Part shown: one piece after another, positions 48,611-58,639 of the stretch
Layout of the letters: each line of letters starts with the position of its first letter
Numbering within the stretch: the stretch's first letter is position 1
Source: a virus
Taxonomy: Duplodnaviria; Caudoviricetes
Direction: 5' to 3' (one strand)
Length of the DNA stretch: 64,000 nucleotides
IMG/VR virus record: IMGVR_UViG_3300033073_001881
Span: 23,017-87,016 of that record
Program-made: the position numbers and the translations under genes
The notes under the pieces: model-generated
The model's database searches: none
What the model was told of the DNA's origin: nothing
The model's input: the letters and a program-made list of their open reading frames with translations, nothing else

Positions 48611-49432
48611 TTATATCCTATCACTATATACTAACGAATCCGTACCATTGTAAATGTCTACAAATGTCCAGCCTGCAGCTGAAGAAATAAATTCGCGTGG
48701 TGTAGTGGTTATATTAGATTCATAAATATTTTCTGTTATAGAATTTCCTATTTTGGAAGACCAGTCATGATAATCATCTCCATCATTAAATGGCGATGAA
48801 GGTTTTTCTGGCATATCTGCGAAAGTTTGAGATGATGGATTGAGTTCATCATATTGAGCTTCGATGTAATTAGAGACCTTAAAATGATTATCATCATTTG
48901 ACAATAATTTTTCTTGACTTATTGAATATTGTCTAAAATCTGTATCGATAGAAAAATTAGAAATAAATCCTTTCAAACCTCTTTTGGCAAACGGTAAAAC
49001 ATGAATTAGCAAGGCCAATTCTCTTCTATCTTCAAAAACACTTATCGAGCCATCAGAAAAAACAGGATCAGCAAAGCCAACCGCTGACAATATTGATGGA
49101 TAAATTGATATTCCGCTATCTTCGATAAAAGAAACAGGATTAAAATCTGATAAATCGAAAAATAGATTTTCTGATGTGGAAGATTGACCAAGCGTTCTAT
49201 TTTCCATAAAATTATTAGGCGCTGTTTCAAGTCTTCCCGACTGGTCCATATCAACAAGATTTTCATCAAAAAAATCGTCTTGAACTATTTTTCCTTGAAA
49301 AATTAATAAATCTTTGGAATTAGTTCTTGCTCTTAATATTTTGTTTTTTGCAAGCTGGGCATTCGAATTTAAATTGACTCCCTCTCGCCTATTTTCTAAA
49401 TCGGACTCAATATCAGCGTTAATAATAGACAT
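48611..49432 (-). CDS. Hypothetical protein, 273 aa
   Basis: AAGGA SD; lies in the baseplate operon. Confidence 0.65.
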   Translation of the reverse strand: MSIINADIESDLENRREGVNLNSNAQLAKNKILRARTNSKDLLIFQGKIVQDDFFDENLVDMDQSGRLETAPNNFMENRTLGQSSTSENLFFDLSDFNPVSFIEDSGISIYPSILSAVGFADPVFSDGSISVFEDRRELALLIHVLPFAKRGLKGFISNFSIDTDFRQYSISQEKLLSNDDNHFKVSNYIEAQYDELNPSSQTFADMPEKPSSPFNDGDDYHDWSSKIGNSITENIYESNITTTPREFISSAAGWTFVDIYNGTDSLVYSDRI

Positions 49433-49443
49433 TTAATATTTCC

Positions 49444-52400
49444 TTAAGAGGTTAGCCAACTATTTGGATTAGTTTCATCAACGACATTATCAGTATTTCG
49501 TGATGTATCTCCTAAATAATTATCTCCCCATCCATATCTTATTTTATTTCTTTCTAAAACATGATTTTCAATAACGAAATTAATACCAGAAAAATCTGTA
49601 TTAAAAGGAATGAATTGTTCTATTAATCTTTCAATATTTGATTCAAACCACTTAGAAAAAAGCATAACATTTTTAAAAGAAAGATTTTGAGTTATTCTAT
49701 TAAAATAGATCTCTCTATGAAACTGCTGTGCAGAATAGTCTACGGAAAACATGTCAGCAGGATTTCCAAACAAATTATCCAAAGGTTCATGCCCACCAAA
49801 CATCAAAATTATGTCTTCATTTAGTGCTCTAACAGCACTAATTTCAATTCCGAACCTGTTATCATCTATGGGAACCTCGCTTGGATCTACCTGATAAACT
49901 GGATTTGATTCGCCGCCATAAACACTGGCGTTTTCTGAATTTTGCCAAGATCTCACTCTTACTTTTAAATCGTCAGATGATTCATCAAAATGGTGATCGA
50001 TTGTTTGATAAACAATTTCAAATGGTGAGATTACTTCTGCGTCGGCGGTAAATCCTGTTCCTGTAAGATCAAAATTGTTTTGTGAAAAATCCTTTATTGT
50101 AATATTGCCAGAACCATCCGAGGACGTTATTTCTTGATTAACACTTGCGTCAATTCTTAATCTTTCAAATGAACCTGATATTTCACTTGTAAAGTTAAAA
50201 TTAACTGGATTGGTGACGCCTAAACTGAATGGATTTTTAACATGTTCCTTCCACTCATTTCCGGTAAGATGCTTAGACCAAAATCTTATTTGCGTGACCT
50301 GCATTTTGCTTGTGGTCAATCTTGCAATTGTGTCTGTTCCTCCATTATTGTTTAAGAAAACATTGGAAGAAATATCTGCAATAGATGACGAATTTCCAAT
50401 TTGGAAAAATGTACCATTCGTATTAAACGAAGAATCATATTTTGAAAAACAGTCATCAGTCAAATTGCTCAAAGAAATAGAGTGTGTTTCTTCTTTGAAG
50501 ATATATGTTTGACCTTGAGATTTTCCAAATCGCAAGTACCATTTGCTTATATTATCATTTTTTTCACGACCGAAAGAAACATAAAATGGATTTCCATCAA
50601 AAGTAGGAACATTTTCTATTTCAACTTTAAATTCATTTCTAAGAGACACATCGGTTGAATATGCTCCACTTAAAATTAAATTACCTTTAGAACCAGGAAC
50701 TGAACCAGACTGTTTAAGAATCAAATTTAACAAAAGACATTGTCCCGCTGATCCTGTAGATAAAAATCTAACCAATGATTGATCTTCAATTACATTTTTT
50801 GAATCAGGAACTCTTTTAAAATGACTTTCAAATGTAAAATTTTCTACAGTTAAAAAATCTTCTTCAAGGGAAGGATCTATTGTTGGTAATCCTGGTTCTA
50901 TTCTTGAAGAAGAAAGATAAGGTGATGTAAGAAGAAATTCATCAGTGTTCGTGAAATCTATGTTCTTTTTTATTGTTTTTCTTCCAGAGATGTATCCTGA
51001 TTTGGCACCACCGAATTCCTTAAATCTTAAAGTGACATCAGGATCTATGCCCACAGATCTAATGATGCTTTTTATTGAATCAATTGTTCCTTTGCTTTTA
51101 ATAATGTGAGGAACATTAACTAAAATTCTTCTCCATAGTTCGGCCTCTAATGTGTATAGAGGATTAACTCCTATGCTGTTATTCTCAGTTAAATTATCGC
51201 CATGAATATATTGCGCGTATGTCGAATTGGTAAAAATTCTTGGAAGCTCTATTCCATACTGTTTTGCAAGAAAAGGCAAAAATGTGTCTGCGATTCCGCC
51301 CTGTGAATCATAATTCACGGTATCTAATTTTGAAAATTGATCAATGAACATTTTTAATTCATCGAATTGTTTGGCCCAAATGAGCAACATGGAGGTTATA
51401 AGCTGAACTGAACCTAAGGAAGTTGCTCGAGGTAAGTCACCACCTTCAGAAAAGCTTCTTCCAATATTTCCATCTACCGTTTGAAATCCTTTGTCAGACT
51501 GTTCTTCTTCTAAGTAATGAGAAGGAACTAATTTCAAAATTAAATTTGGATTATTTGCATCGTAATCTGCGGCTTCTGAAAGCATTTCCTGATTTAAAGT
51601 AGATAAATCAGCGTAATCAGGAAATAAAACTGGATTATATTTAGGTCTTTCGCTAAAGTAGGCAGGACCTCCTGAATTTGCATTTGAGTCTCTTAAACCC
51701 ATAGAAAAATTAGTAATCGTTGAATGTAAACCATTCCCTGAAGAATCGATAATGAACATATTTCTATCATATGAACCTGATGGCTCATTGAATTTAAAGA
51801 AAAGCTTCAATGATTGTGATGGTTCAACAGGATTTTTTGATGCAAAATTGATCTCATCAGGTGTTCTATTTCCTATGAAAATTTTAAAATCATCAAGAGA
51901 TGCACTTAATGTCTGTACAGGTAAAAAATCAAAGCCTGTCGTTGTTTGTCTCGTTCCAGAACCAATTAACAATTGCGATGTAGTACTTGTAAAAACGGAT
52001 AATTCACTAATAGAATCAGAAGAATGAATTAGATTGCCTGATACGAATAGTTGCAATTTGTTTATTCCTGGTCTTCTATTAAAAACGGCGGCAATATCAT
52101 TCCATTGATTTTTTTGAATAGTGGCAGATGAAGATAGGTAAGAAGAACCAGATAAATAGAAAAATTCTATGCTTGAAGACGCCGGTGACGCTGATGACGA
52201 TAAAGCAATAGTATATCCTGTGTTAGCTAAAACTCTTTGCGCGATTATCTGATTATCATTTGCAGTAGGTGGCACAAATATTTTAAATTGAAATGATATT
52301 GAGGAACCGCCCGGGTCTAGAACTGAGGCACCTGTTGTATTTCTTGAAAGCTCAGGAAATTTTGAACCTGCCGCGTCTGTGACTGATATGTATGAGCCAT

Positions 52401-52773
52401 TCTTAAATGTTAAGCTATTTAGAGATCTTGGAAAAAGATTGTATGTATATAGTTCGAAACCAGTTAAATTATCGAAGTAATCCTCAATCTCCTTGAATGT
52501 ACCATCAAAAGGAAAATTGTTGACAATATTGTCGAACGCGACATTGACATTGGCAACGGCAGAACTAAAAAATGTATGCTTTGAAAAATCAGACCAATCA
52601 ACAGGCAATTGCTGTGTAGATTTTATAGATGAACCAGGTGGTAAAAATCTAAAGGAGTCTTGAGAAGGTATTTGCGTGGTATCAATAGAACCGCCGTTTG
52701 CACTTTGACCTTGACCCTGTAAGGCCAAAAGTGTCTCTATTCTTGTGAAATCAGAAATTTTTTCTCTTGACAT
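49444..52773 (-). CDS. Baseplate wedge protein, gp7/P2 gpI-like, with two LamG domains (start moved to MSREKI, 1109 aa)
   Basis: LPFLAKQYG...LWRRILVNVPHIIKSKGTIDSI wedge motif; LamG motifs WNDIAAVF, LDDFKIF and QIRFWSKHL; TAATG overlap at 52773. Confidence 0.75.
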   Translation of the reverse strand: MSREKISDFTRIETLLALQGQGQSANGGSIDTTQIPSQDSFRFLPPGSSIKSTQQLPVDWSDFSKHTFFSSAVANVNVAFDNIVNNFPFDGTFKEIEDYFDNLTGFELYTYNLFPRSLNSLTFKNGSYISVTDAAGSKFPELSRNTTGASVLDPGGSSISFQFKIFVPPTANDNQIIAQRVLANTGYTIALSSSASPASSSIEFFYLSGSSYLSSSATIQKNQWNDIAAVFNRRPGINKLQLFVSGNLIHSSDSISELSVFTSTTSQLLIGSGTRQTTTGFDFLPVQTLSASLDDFKIFIGNRTPDEINFASKNPVEPSQSLKLFFKFNEPSGSYDRNMFIIDSSGNGLHSTITNFSMGLRDSNANSGGPAYFSERPKYNPVLFPDYADLSTLNQEMLSEAADYDANNPNLILKLVPSHYLEEEQSDKGFQTVDGNIGRSFSEGGDLPRATSLGSVQLITSMLLIWAKQFDELKMFIDQFSKLDTVNYDSQGGIADTFLPFLAKQYGIELPRIFTNSTYAQYIHGDNLTENNSIGVNPLYTLEAELWRRILVNVPHIIKSKGTIDSIKSIIRSVGIDPDVTLRFKEFGGAKSGYISGRKTIKKNIDFTNTDEFLLTSPYLSSSRIEPGLPTIDPSLEEDFLTVENFTFESHFKRVPDSKNVIEDQSLVRFLSTGSAGQCLLLNLILKQSGSVPGSKGNLILSGAYSTDVSLRNEFKVEIENVPTFDGNPFYVSFGREKNDNISKWYLRFGKSQGQTYIFKEETHSISLSNLTDDCFSKYDSSFNTNGTFFQIGNSSSIADISSNVFLNNNGGTDTIARLTTSKMQVTQIRFWSKHLTGNEWKEHVKNPFSLGVTNPVNFNFTSEISGSFERLRIDASVNQEITSSDGSGNITIKDFSQNNFDLTGTGFTADAEVISPFEIVYQTIDHHFDESSDDLKVRVRSWQNSENASVYGGESNPVYQVDPSEVPIDDNRFGIEISAVRALNEDIILMFGGHEPLDNLFGNPADMFSVDYSAQQFHREIYFNRITQNLSFKNVMLFSKWFESNIERLIEQFIPFNTDFSGINFVIENHVLERNKIRYGWGDNYLGDTSRNTDNVVDETNPNSWLTS

Positions 52774-54275
52774 TATGAAATTACCTTGAAGCTTCTGCAA
52801 TCATCAAGAACAATCGTTGTTCCATCAACTGTTATTTGAAATTCTGGTTGAAAAACACCTTGTGGAAAAACGTCGGTGTAAATATGAAAATTATAGTTTT
52901 CTTTATCAATTGACATTTTTGATCCTGCGTTATCAAAATCAAATAGTAATTTACCATTTGAATTATTTCTAATTCTAATTTTACATGTTGCGATAGTTAA
53001 TGGATCAGGATCAAATGGAAATTTTGAAGATTTATCTTGCTCATAGTCATCGAAAAAATTCACTTTTATTGTAAAATCTTCTCCGGATCTAACTATTGGT
53101 TTCATTGAAACTATACTCGTTCTAATCTTTCTAGTAATTCCAGATCCTATCGAGCCTGTTTGTTTTTTAACGAGTAAAGATCCAGAATAAAATGTGACTG
53201 TTTCGTCAAGAGATGACCATGTTTCTAGAAACTTTATAGAACCGCTAGCAGCAATAGCGTCTTCTATCAGAAAGCTTCCTGTAATGGAAGATTGATCAGC
53301 GGAAGAAATCATAAAAGATGCAGAATATAAGCCGCTTACTAATGAAGAATTTTGAACCTGAGAAGCTGTCACATAGTGTGAGAATGAGCCTGTTGATATT
53401 TTTACAAGCATGCAATCTTGACCGGTTATTTCAGTCAATGATGCTCCAGACACAAAGTTTGTCAATTGTCCTCTAACTGTATTTCTTAAAATCAAAGAAT
53501 TGCTTGTGTCAAAAAATGATGAATTATGATAATCGGCAATGCTATCATCACAAGAAAATTCTAAATAAGGCTTTAATGACTGATCGACAACATGTCTTGA
53601 CGCAAATCTCTTTACAAATCTTGTTATTTCATCATTTTCTTGAGATGAAATAAACGAAATTCTAAATCCATAATCTGGTATAATTCCTGCAATAGTAGCA
53701 GAAACAATTTTTGTGACATCAATAGAAAGATCTTCAAATCCAAGAGGAAATTCCTGCTGGGCTCCGAGGAAAATTAATCCTTCACCATTCTGCAAATTTC
53801 CACTTACAAAATAGTCTATATTGGAAGATCCAAGATTTCCACCCAATCCGCAACCTTCAGCATTCCATAAAACACCCTTGCTGGAACTTAAGAAATTTGC
53901 TGAATCTACATTAGAAAAAGAAATGACATCTCGACCTAATCCTTCATCAAATTCTGCTGCCAGTGGAAAAACTTCAACCGTAAAATTGCTTGGAACAGGC
54001 ATGCCACTTGAGATATTTTTCAAGTGAATTTTTGCATTAAAAGAATCATTATTTATCATGATGCTTGACGATGACAAAAGGGACGCCTTAGCAAGATCAA
54101 ACTTAACAAGAAGTCTAGATAATTCTATAGCTCCTGTCACGACAGTGGATTCATCATAAAGTTTGAATAAATCAAGCGTTCCAGCACGACCGACATTTCC
54201 TGAAACGGCAAATTTTGAATCTATTAATTTATTGGTAATGTAAGTGTCTTTGCTAGCGCTTGAAAAAATAATCAT
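52773..54275 (-). CDS. Baseplate-associated protein with DNRLRE-like beta domain and C-terminal Ig-like domain, 500 aa
   Basis: SASKDTYI, SRLLVKFDL, VEVFPLAAEFDEG pattern; lies between gp6 and the gp7-like gene. Confidence 0.55.
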   Translation of the reverse strand: MIIFSSASKDTYITNKLIDSKFAVSGNVGRAGTLDLFKLYDESTVVTGAIELSRLLVKFDLAKASLLSSSSIMINNDSFNAKIHLKNISSGMPVPSNFTVEVFPLAAEFDEGLGRDVISFSNVDSANFLSSSKGVLWNAEGCGLGGNLGSSNIDYFVSGNLQNGEGLIFLGAQQEFPLGFEDLSIDVTKIVSATIAGIIPDYGFRISFISSQENDEITRFVKRFASRHVVDQSLKPYLEFSCDDSIADYHNSSFFDTSNSLILRNTVRGQLTNFVSGASLTEITGQDCMLVKISTGSFSHYVTASQVQNSSLVSGLYSASFMISSADQSSITGSFLIEDAIAASGSIKFLETWSSLDETVTFYSGSLLVKKQTGSIGSGITRKIRTSIVSMKPIVRSGEDFTIKVNFFDDYEQDKSSKFPFDPDPLTIATCKIRIRNNSNGKLLFDFDNAGSKMSIDKENYNFHIYTDVFPQGVFQPEFQITVDGTTIVLDDCRSFKVIS

Positions 54276-54283
54276 TTTCGACC

Positions 54284-56113
54284 TCAGGAAGAAATAACGA
54301 TGATATCTGAATCTGGATATTTTAATTCAAAAATTCCACCTTGTGGTGCTATAACAATTCCCCTGGACGTTGCGGCATCTATGTCATAGACATAGTTCGA
54401 ATATTCGTTTCCACTTGAATTACCAGAAACATTAGTTATTTCAAGATTAATAAGCGAAAGAACGCCAGGTGTATTTATAATAGCATATTGAAGATCGGCT
54501 ATTATTAGAGGCTGATCTATTTGAAAATTAGGTGTTTGAAGTTCATTTTTTATTGACTGAATGACATTCTGAATTACCTCAATAGAAACCGCACCAGGTT
54601 TAATAACTATAGAGACTTTAATTCTAAAATTGATAATTGGGCTATCAACAATGTCTATTGCGTCTGAAATTAATCTCATGTCATTTAGATAATTTCTGAT
54701 ATTCATTTTTAGAGTATCAGAAGCTTGCGACAATTTTCCATTTGCGTCAAGTCCAAGAATATACAATTGTTTTGATAGAGGATTTGAAGGGTTTGATCTA
54801 CATCCTACCTTCGAAACTTTTCCAAACTTTGTTGGAAGAGAATATACACGAGCAATCAAGTCTTGTTTGGTGACAACTCTAAGCTGTGAATTTCTTGCAG
54901 ATGGAATTTGTAATCTAAGTTCCTGAATTGTTGGTTGATTAGTTCCACCGCTTGCGTTTCCATAGTTTATAACGTCTATCGAAGATCTAACAGCCACTGA
55001 GACGGCGTTGCCAGGAAATCCTGGGAATGTCATTGCAACCTTGGAAACGCTTCTAATAGATTTTGCAGCGATATTGTGATTAATTCCACCGCCATATTCA
55101 TATTGAACAGTTAGTGTGGTATTAGATGGAGCTATTCCCAAAGTTTTCGATTTTAGTAAGCTATTTGGATCTAGAGAATATCTTGTGACTGCAGTTTTTC
55201 CATAAAGAGGAAGAGCAATACTTGAAGGATCTAACGTTGTTTTAGCGTCCTGGGCATTATCACCTCCTCCGAAAGTTAATGTTGTTATTCTAGTAGAAAT
55301 ATTGGTTGAAGATGTAAATCTTCTTGGAGCTGGCATCAAAGCAAGATTTTCATTTACTTCTTGATTGTCATAAGAATAGTTTGTGACCTGTGTGTAAACC
55401 ATGTCCTGTGTTAAGGAATCTACCTCATAATAAGAATTTCCTTCGCTATCGATCACTGAGACTATTCTCGACACATTTGAATTAGCTAAATTCATAGAAA
55501 AAAACGGGTTATAACCATCAGGAACACTAAAATTTTCTGATGTTCTGGTTGATGATGTGGCGATGCCTTCTTTTGAGAGAATAAATGTTAATGGATTTCC
55601 GAAATCGTCTGTTTCTCCGATGTTTACAGTCGCTTTAAGAAAGTTATCTCTATCTCTTTCATTAAAATCAATATCGTCCATTAAAGTAAAATTGATTCTA
55701 TTAACAGACGTTGAAACAGTACCTGCAAGCAATATAGGGATTGCAGTTTCATCAGGAATATATCCGCTTGTTGTAGAAATAGCAGGGACTTCAATAAAAA
55801 ATGTAAGCGTAACGGTTGCAGGGCTCGCGCCAGTTATTTTCACACCTGCGTTTCTTAAATGTCTTTCTATATTTCCAAGCTCAACTGAATCCGACCATGA
55901 TAATTCGTTGAATTGATGATCAAGATAATACGACATCGTGTCGCCAACGGAAGCCGCCAGGTCTATGAACATGCCTCCCAAGCCAGCTTCAGAAAAATCT
56001 TTTATTTTATCTGGGAAAAATGTCTGTGCGTAGCGAGTTAAATCCGCCCTTAAATCAGAAAAATCTTTAGCCAAATAGTTTCTTTGAATTTTAGTGTAAT
56101 TACCAGCCATCAT
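54284..56113 (-). CDS. gp6: Baseplate wedge protein, T4 gp6 / baseplate J-like, 609 aa
   Basis: YLAKDFSDLRADL, DFSEAGLGGMFIDLAASVGD, QLRVVTKQD. Confidence 0.9.
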   Translation of the reverse strand: MMAGNYTKIQRNYLAKDFSDLRADLTRYAQTFFPDKIKDFSEAGLGGMFIDLAASVGDTMSYYLDHQFNELSWSDSVELGNIERHLRNAGVKITGASPATVTLTFFIEVPAISTTSGYIPDETAIPILLAGTVSTSVNRINFTLMDDIDFNERDRDNFLKATVNIGETDDFGNPLTFILSKEGIATSSTRTSENFSVPDGYNPFFSMNLANSNVSRIVSVIDSEGNSYYEVDSLTQDMVYTQVTNYSYDNQEVNENLALMPAPRRFTSSTNISTRITTLTFGGGDNAQDAKTTLDPSSIALPLYGKTAVTRYSLDPNSLLKSKTLGIAPSNTTLTVQYEYGGGINHNIAAKSIRSVSKVAMTFPGFPGNAVSVAVRSSIDVINYGNASGGTNQPTIQELRLQIPSARNSQLRVVTKQDLIARVYSLPTKFGKVSKVGCRSNPSNPLSKQLYILGLDANGKLSQASDTLKMNIRNYLNDMRLISDAIDIVDSPIINFRIKVSIVIKPGAVSIEVIQNVIQSIKNELQTPNFQIDQPLIIADLQYAIINTPGVLSLINLEITNVSGNSSGNEYSNYVYDIDAATSRGIVIAPQGGIFELKYPDSDIIVISS

Positions 56114-56592
56114 GTCACCGTTGATATTGCGACTTCAATCATTCTTTGCCTCCCGTTCAATGTTGGAACGGTGTAAGTAATTTTTATAACTACTTTTGAT
56201 GAATTATTTCTTGTTTGTGGAACTGTAGTAGTTTCAAATGTTTGAAGACTAATAAATGGAAGATATTTTCTAACAGCATTTCTAATTCTATTAATTGCTT
56301 CGAAATCACCTTCATCAGTACCTAATTCAAATGCTATTTCTCGAAGATTTGCTCCATAATCGTATCTAAAAAGTCTTTCACCATGATTGGTTAAAATAAG
56401 ATTTCTTAAATTGTCACTGATGGTATCTTCAATGTTTCTATGCATTTTAAATAAACCATCTTGTTCTGTTCCTGATTCTAGAGGTGTCTTAATTCCGATA
56501 GGAGTAGAAACAACTGCATTTGAATTTCTAGATCGAAAGCTTGTGTCAGTTTCTCCGACTGAATCAAAACTAAATTTTCTAGAATCGGCCAC
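56110..56592 (-). CDS. gp25: Baseplate wedge / sheath initiator, gp25-like, 160 aa
   Basis: NLRNLILTNHGERLFRYDYGANL; GTG start with AAGGAGGT SD; ATACTTA at 56609-56615. Confidence 0.92.
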   Translation of the reverse strand: MADSRKFSFDSVGETDTSFRSRNSNAVVSTPIGIKTPLESGTEQDGLFKMHRNIEDTISDNLRNLILTNHGERLFRYDYGANLREIAFELGTDEGDFEAINRIRNAVRKYLPFISLQTFETTTVPQTRNNSSKVVIKITYTVPTLNGRQRMIEVAISTVT

Positions 56593-56608
56593 ATTAACCT
56601 CCTTCGAT

Positions 56609-56615
56609 TAAGTAT
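56609..56615 (-). promoter_or_regulatory. Putative late promoter ATACTTA (baseplate operon)
   Basis: GACATACTTA context as at 12368 and 16086. Confidence 0.65.
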
Positions 56616-56630
56616 GTCTATTGTTAAGTT

Positions 56631-56882
56631 TTATGATGAACCAGGAGAAATTGTATTTCCTGTCAAAGGAACAGGACCAGGAATTATAACTCCGATTCCT
56701 GGGTTTATTGTGACAATTATAGATTTAACGAATGAATCGATTGCGTCTGTCAGATCTGAAGACAATGATTGTATAATCAAATCTGAACTTGCAGCGTCCA
56801 TGGATCCGCTATCTCTGGCTGCTGTTAAGGCATCCTGAATTGCAATTTGCAAAGTAGTTTTTCCAGGTGTAGAAATTGGCAT
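56631..56882 (-). CDS. Small protein downstream of the spike gene, 83 aa, possible spike tip
   Basis: Starts immediately after the gp5-like stop (TAA ATG); Pro/Gly/Thr-rich C-terminus. Confidence 0.6.
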   Translation of the reverse strand: MPISTPGKTTLQIAIQDALTAARDSGSMDAASSDLIIQSLSSDLTDAIDSFVKSIIVTINPGIGVIIPGPVPLTGNTISPGSS

Positions 56883-58283
56883 TTATTCTCCAAATATTCT
56901 TTTTGATTTTATCGTTGGAATTTCGCTTTCTCGAATTGCCATTGAAGCTTTTAAAGTTTGTGCAGCAGTCAATATTTGAGGTGAAGGTGCTCCAAATCCA
57001 GGAGTGACATGCGTGATCAGCGTGTCACAAAATGTATTGATGTCCGATATTATTGAAATCAACAAATTTTCTAATTGGGTGCCTTTTACATAAGGCTGCA
57101 TATTTCCTACTGCGCCGCCATCTCCTTCTCCACCGTCTATTGATGTTCTTCCAATATGAATTTCTTTTCCAGAAATATGAATATTTCCTGTAGGTTCCAT
57201 GCAAATAGAAGATGCGTTGTCGCCTGGATCGCCTTCTTTAATAATTCTGATAGTTCCTTTTATTCCATTTTCATCATCATTTCTTGCGATTATTCTAACG
57301 TGATCAGATTTTTGAACGATAGCAGCACCTATCTGATCTTCAGGCTTTGCGTTTGTATCGAATAATGCAGGAGTACTTTCAGCAGTCGAAAAATTATAAT
57401 CAGGTTCTGTAAAATAAGATACATAAACTCTTGAGGCGTCATCAACAAAGTCTATGTCACCTTCACTAATCAAAGAGTTTTCCCAATCATCTATTCTTTT
57501 TGAAACCTCAGAATATCCTCTTCTATTTATTCTTGTTGGAGGTGACGTTCTTTTTTGAGCCCATCTTCCGCGTCCAGCAGTTATGTCAATAGTTCCTGAC
57601 TGTTCAAATGGTTCATTTCCAGAAGCTGAATTTTCAGCGCTTTCTGGTTCGTCATTTTTTGTCCAACCTTTATCTACAGTTAAAGAAATTGATGTGTTAT
57701 TAGAACCTTGAATGATCAAATCACCAGGTCTTTTTTGTATTCTTGGAACAGGTTCAAATTGAGTCAGCGGAAAAGATTGAATAGCACCTGACAAAATAAG
57801 ATCATAAGGATTACTTCCAGAAAGCGGCGCCAATGACGAATTTGGAAAATCATCAACTTCTTGTTTGGAACTTTCAGCGGCACCAATTTTCATTGCCGTT
57901 GTCTGTTTTTCAACTTCATCAAAAAATGCCCGATCAAAATGAGAATAATTGACATCTTCTGAAGTTGCGTCGCCATGCACCCTAGAAATCCAGTATCCTA
58001 TTTTTCCATCATCACGATCGAAAATAATCCATACTGTTTCTCCTGGTTTCACAGGCATTTGAAGATGAGATGAGAAAAATGGATAACATAAAGACAACGA
58101 ATCACCTGAAATAGCGGCGCCTCTTGTAATTCTTTTTACAAAGACGCTATTTCTTGGCAATTTTTGTTCTTGAACTTTAATACCAGACTTATCAATATGT
58201 GTTAGAATTTCAGAAAAAGTGTCAGGACCGGTGTAAATTGCTGTCACTACACCTTTTTCAAACGGATTTTTTGGAAAACTCAC
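56883..58283 (-). CDS. Baseplate central spike/hub protein, gp5/gpV-like, no lysozyme domain, 466 aa
   Basis: OB-fold motif CYPFFSSHLQMPVKPGETVWIIF...GYWISR, then GDLIIQGSNNTSI and KSDHVRIIAR beta strands; next to gp25. Confidence 0.78.
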   Translation of the reverse strand: MSFPKNPFEKGVVTAIYTGPDTFSEILTHIDKSGIKVQEQKLPRNSVFVKRITRGAAISGDSLSLCYPFFSSHLQMPVKPGETVWIIFDRDDGKIGYWISRVHGDATSEDVNYSHFDRAFFDEVEKQTTAMKIGAAESSKQEVDDFPNSSLAPLSGSNPYDLILSGAIQSFPLTQFEPVPRIQKRPGDLIIQGSNNTSISLTVDKGWTKNDEPESAENSASGNEPFEQSGTIDITAGRGRWAQKRTSPPTRINRRGYSEVSKRIDDWENSLISEGDIDFVDDASRVYVSYFTEPDYNFSTAESTPALFDTNAKPEDQIGAAIVQKSDHVRIIARNDDENGIKGTIRIIKEGDPGDNASSICMEPTGNIHISGKEIHIGRTSIDGGEGDGGAVGNMQPYVKGTQLENLLISIISDINTFCDTLITHVTPGFGAPSPQILTAAQTLKASMAIRESEIPTIKSKRIFGE

Positions 58284-58639
58284 TCTGAATCACCGATTGC
58301 ATCAAACATGTCTTCAGGGGTCACATCCTCCTTTTTCTTTTCATCAGCAGCTATTAGTTCTGCCAAATGAAGTAATTGATCGTTGGCTTTTGAAGCTTTT
58401 TCAAGATACTTTGCAAGAATAGGACCAGAAGTATTGTGACCTTGAGTGTCATTTGTCATTGCAATAAAAAGGTTTGTGTACAGGCAGGTCGCGTTGTTTC
58501 TATCTTCAACAGCGTTTGAATAAATTTGTTTCCATAATGCCTTCTTTTTTTGATCTGTATTCAAATTGTCAAGCATATCACCGAATTCTTTAATTTTTTC
58601 GTCGGTATTAACAGGTTTTTTATCTGACTTTTTACTCAT
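58280..58639 (-). CDS. Hypothetical helical protein, 119 aa
   Basis: ATGA and GTGA overlaps on both sides. Confidence 0.75.
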   Translation of the reverse strand: MSKKSDKKPVNTDEKIKEFGDMLDNLNTDQKKKALWKQIYSNAVEDRNNATCLYTNLFIAMTNDTQGHNTSGPILAKYLEKASKANDQLLHLAELIAADEKKKEDVTPEDMFDAIGDSE

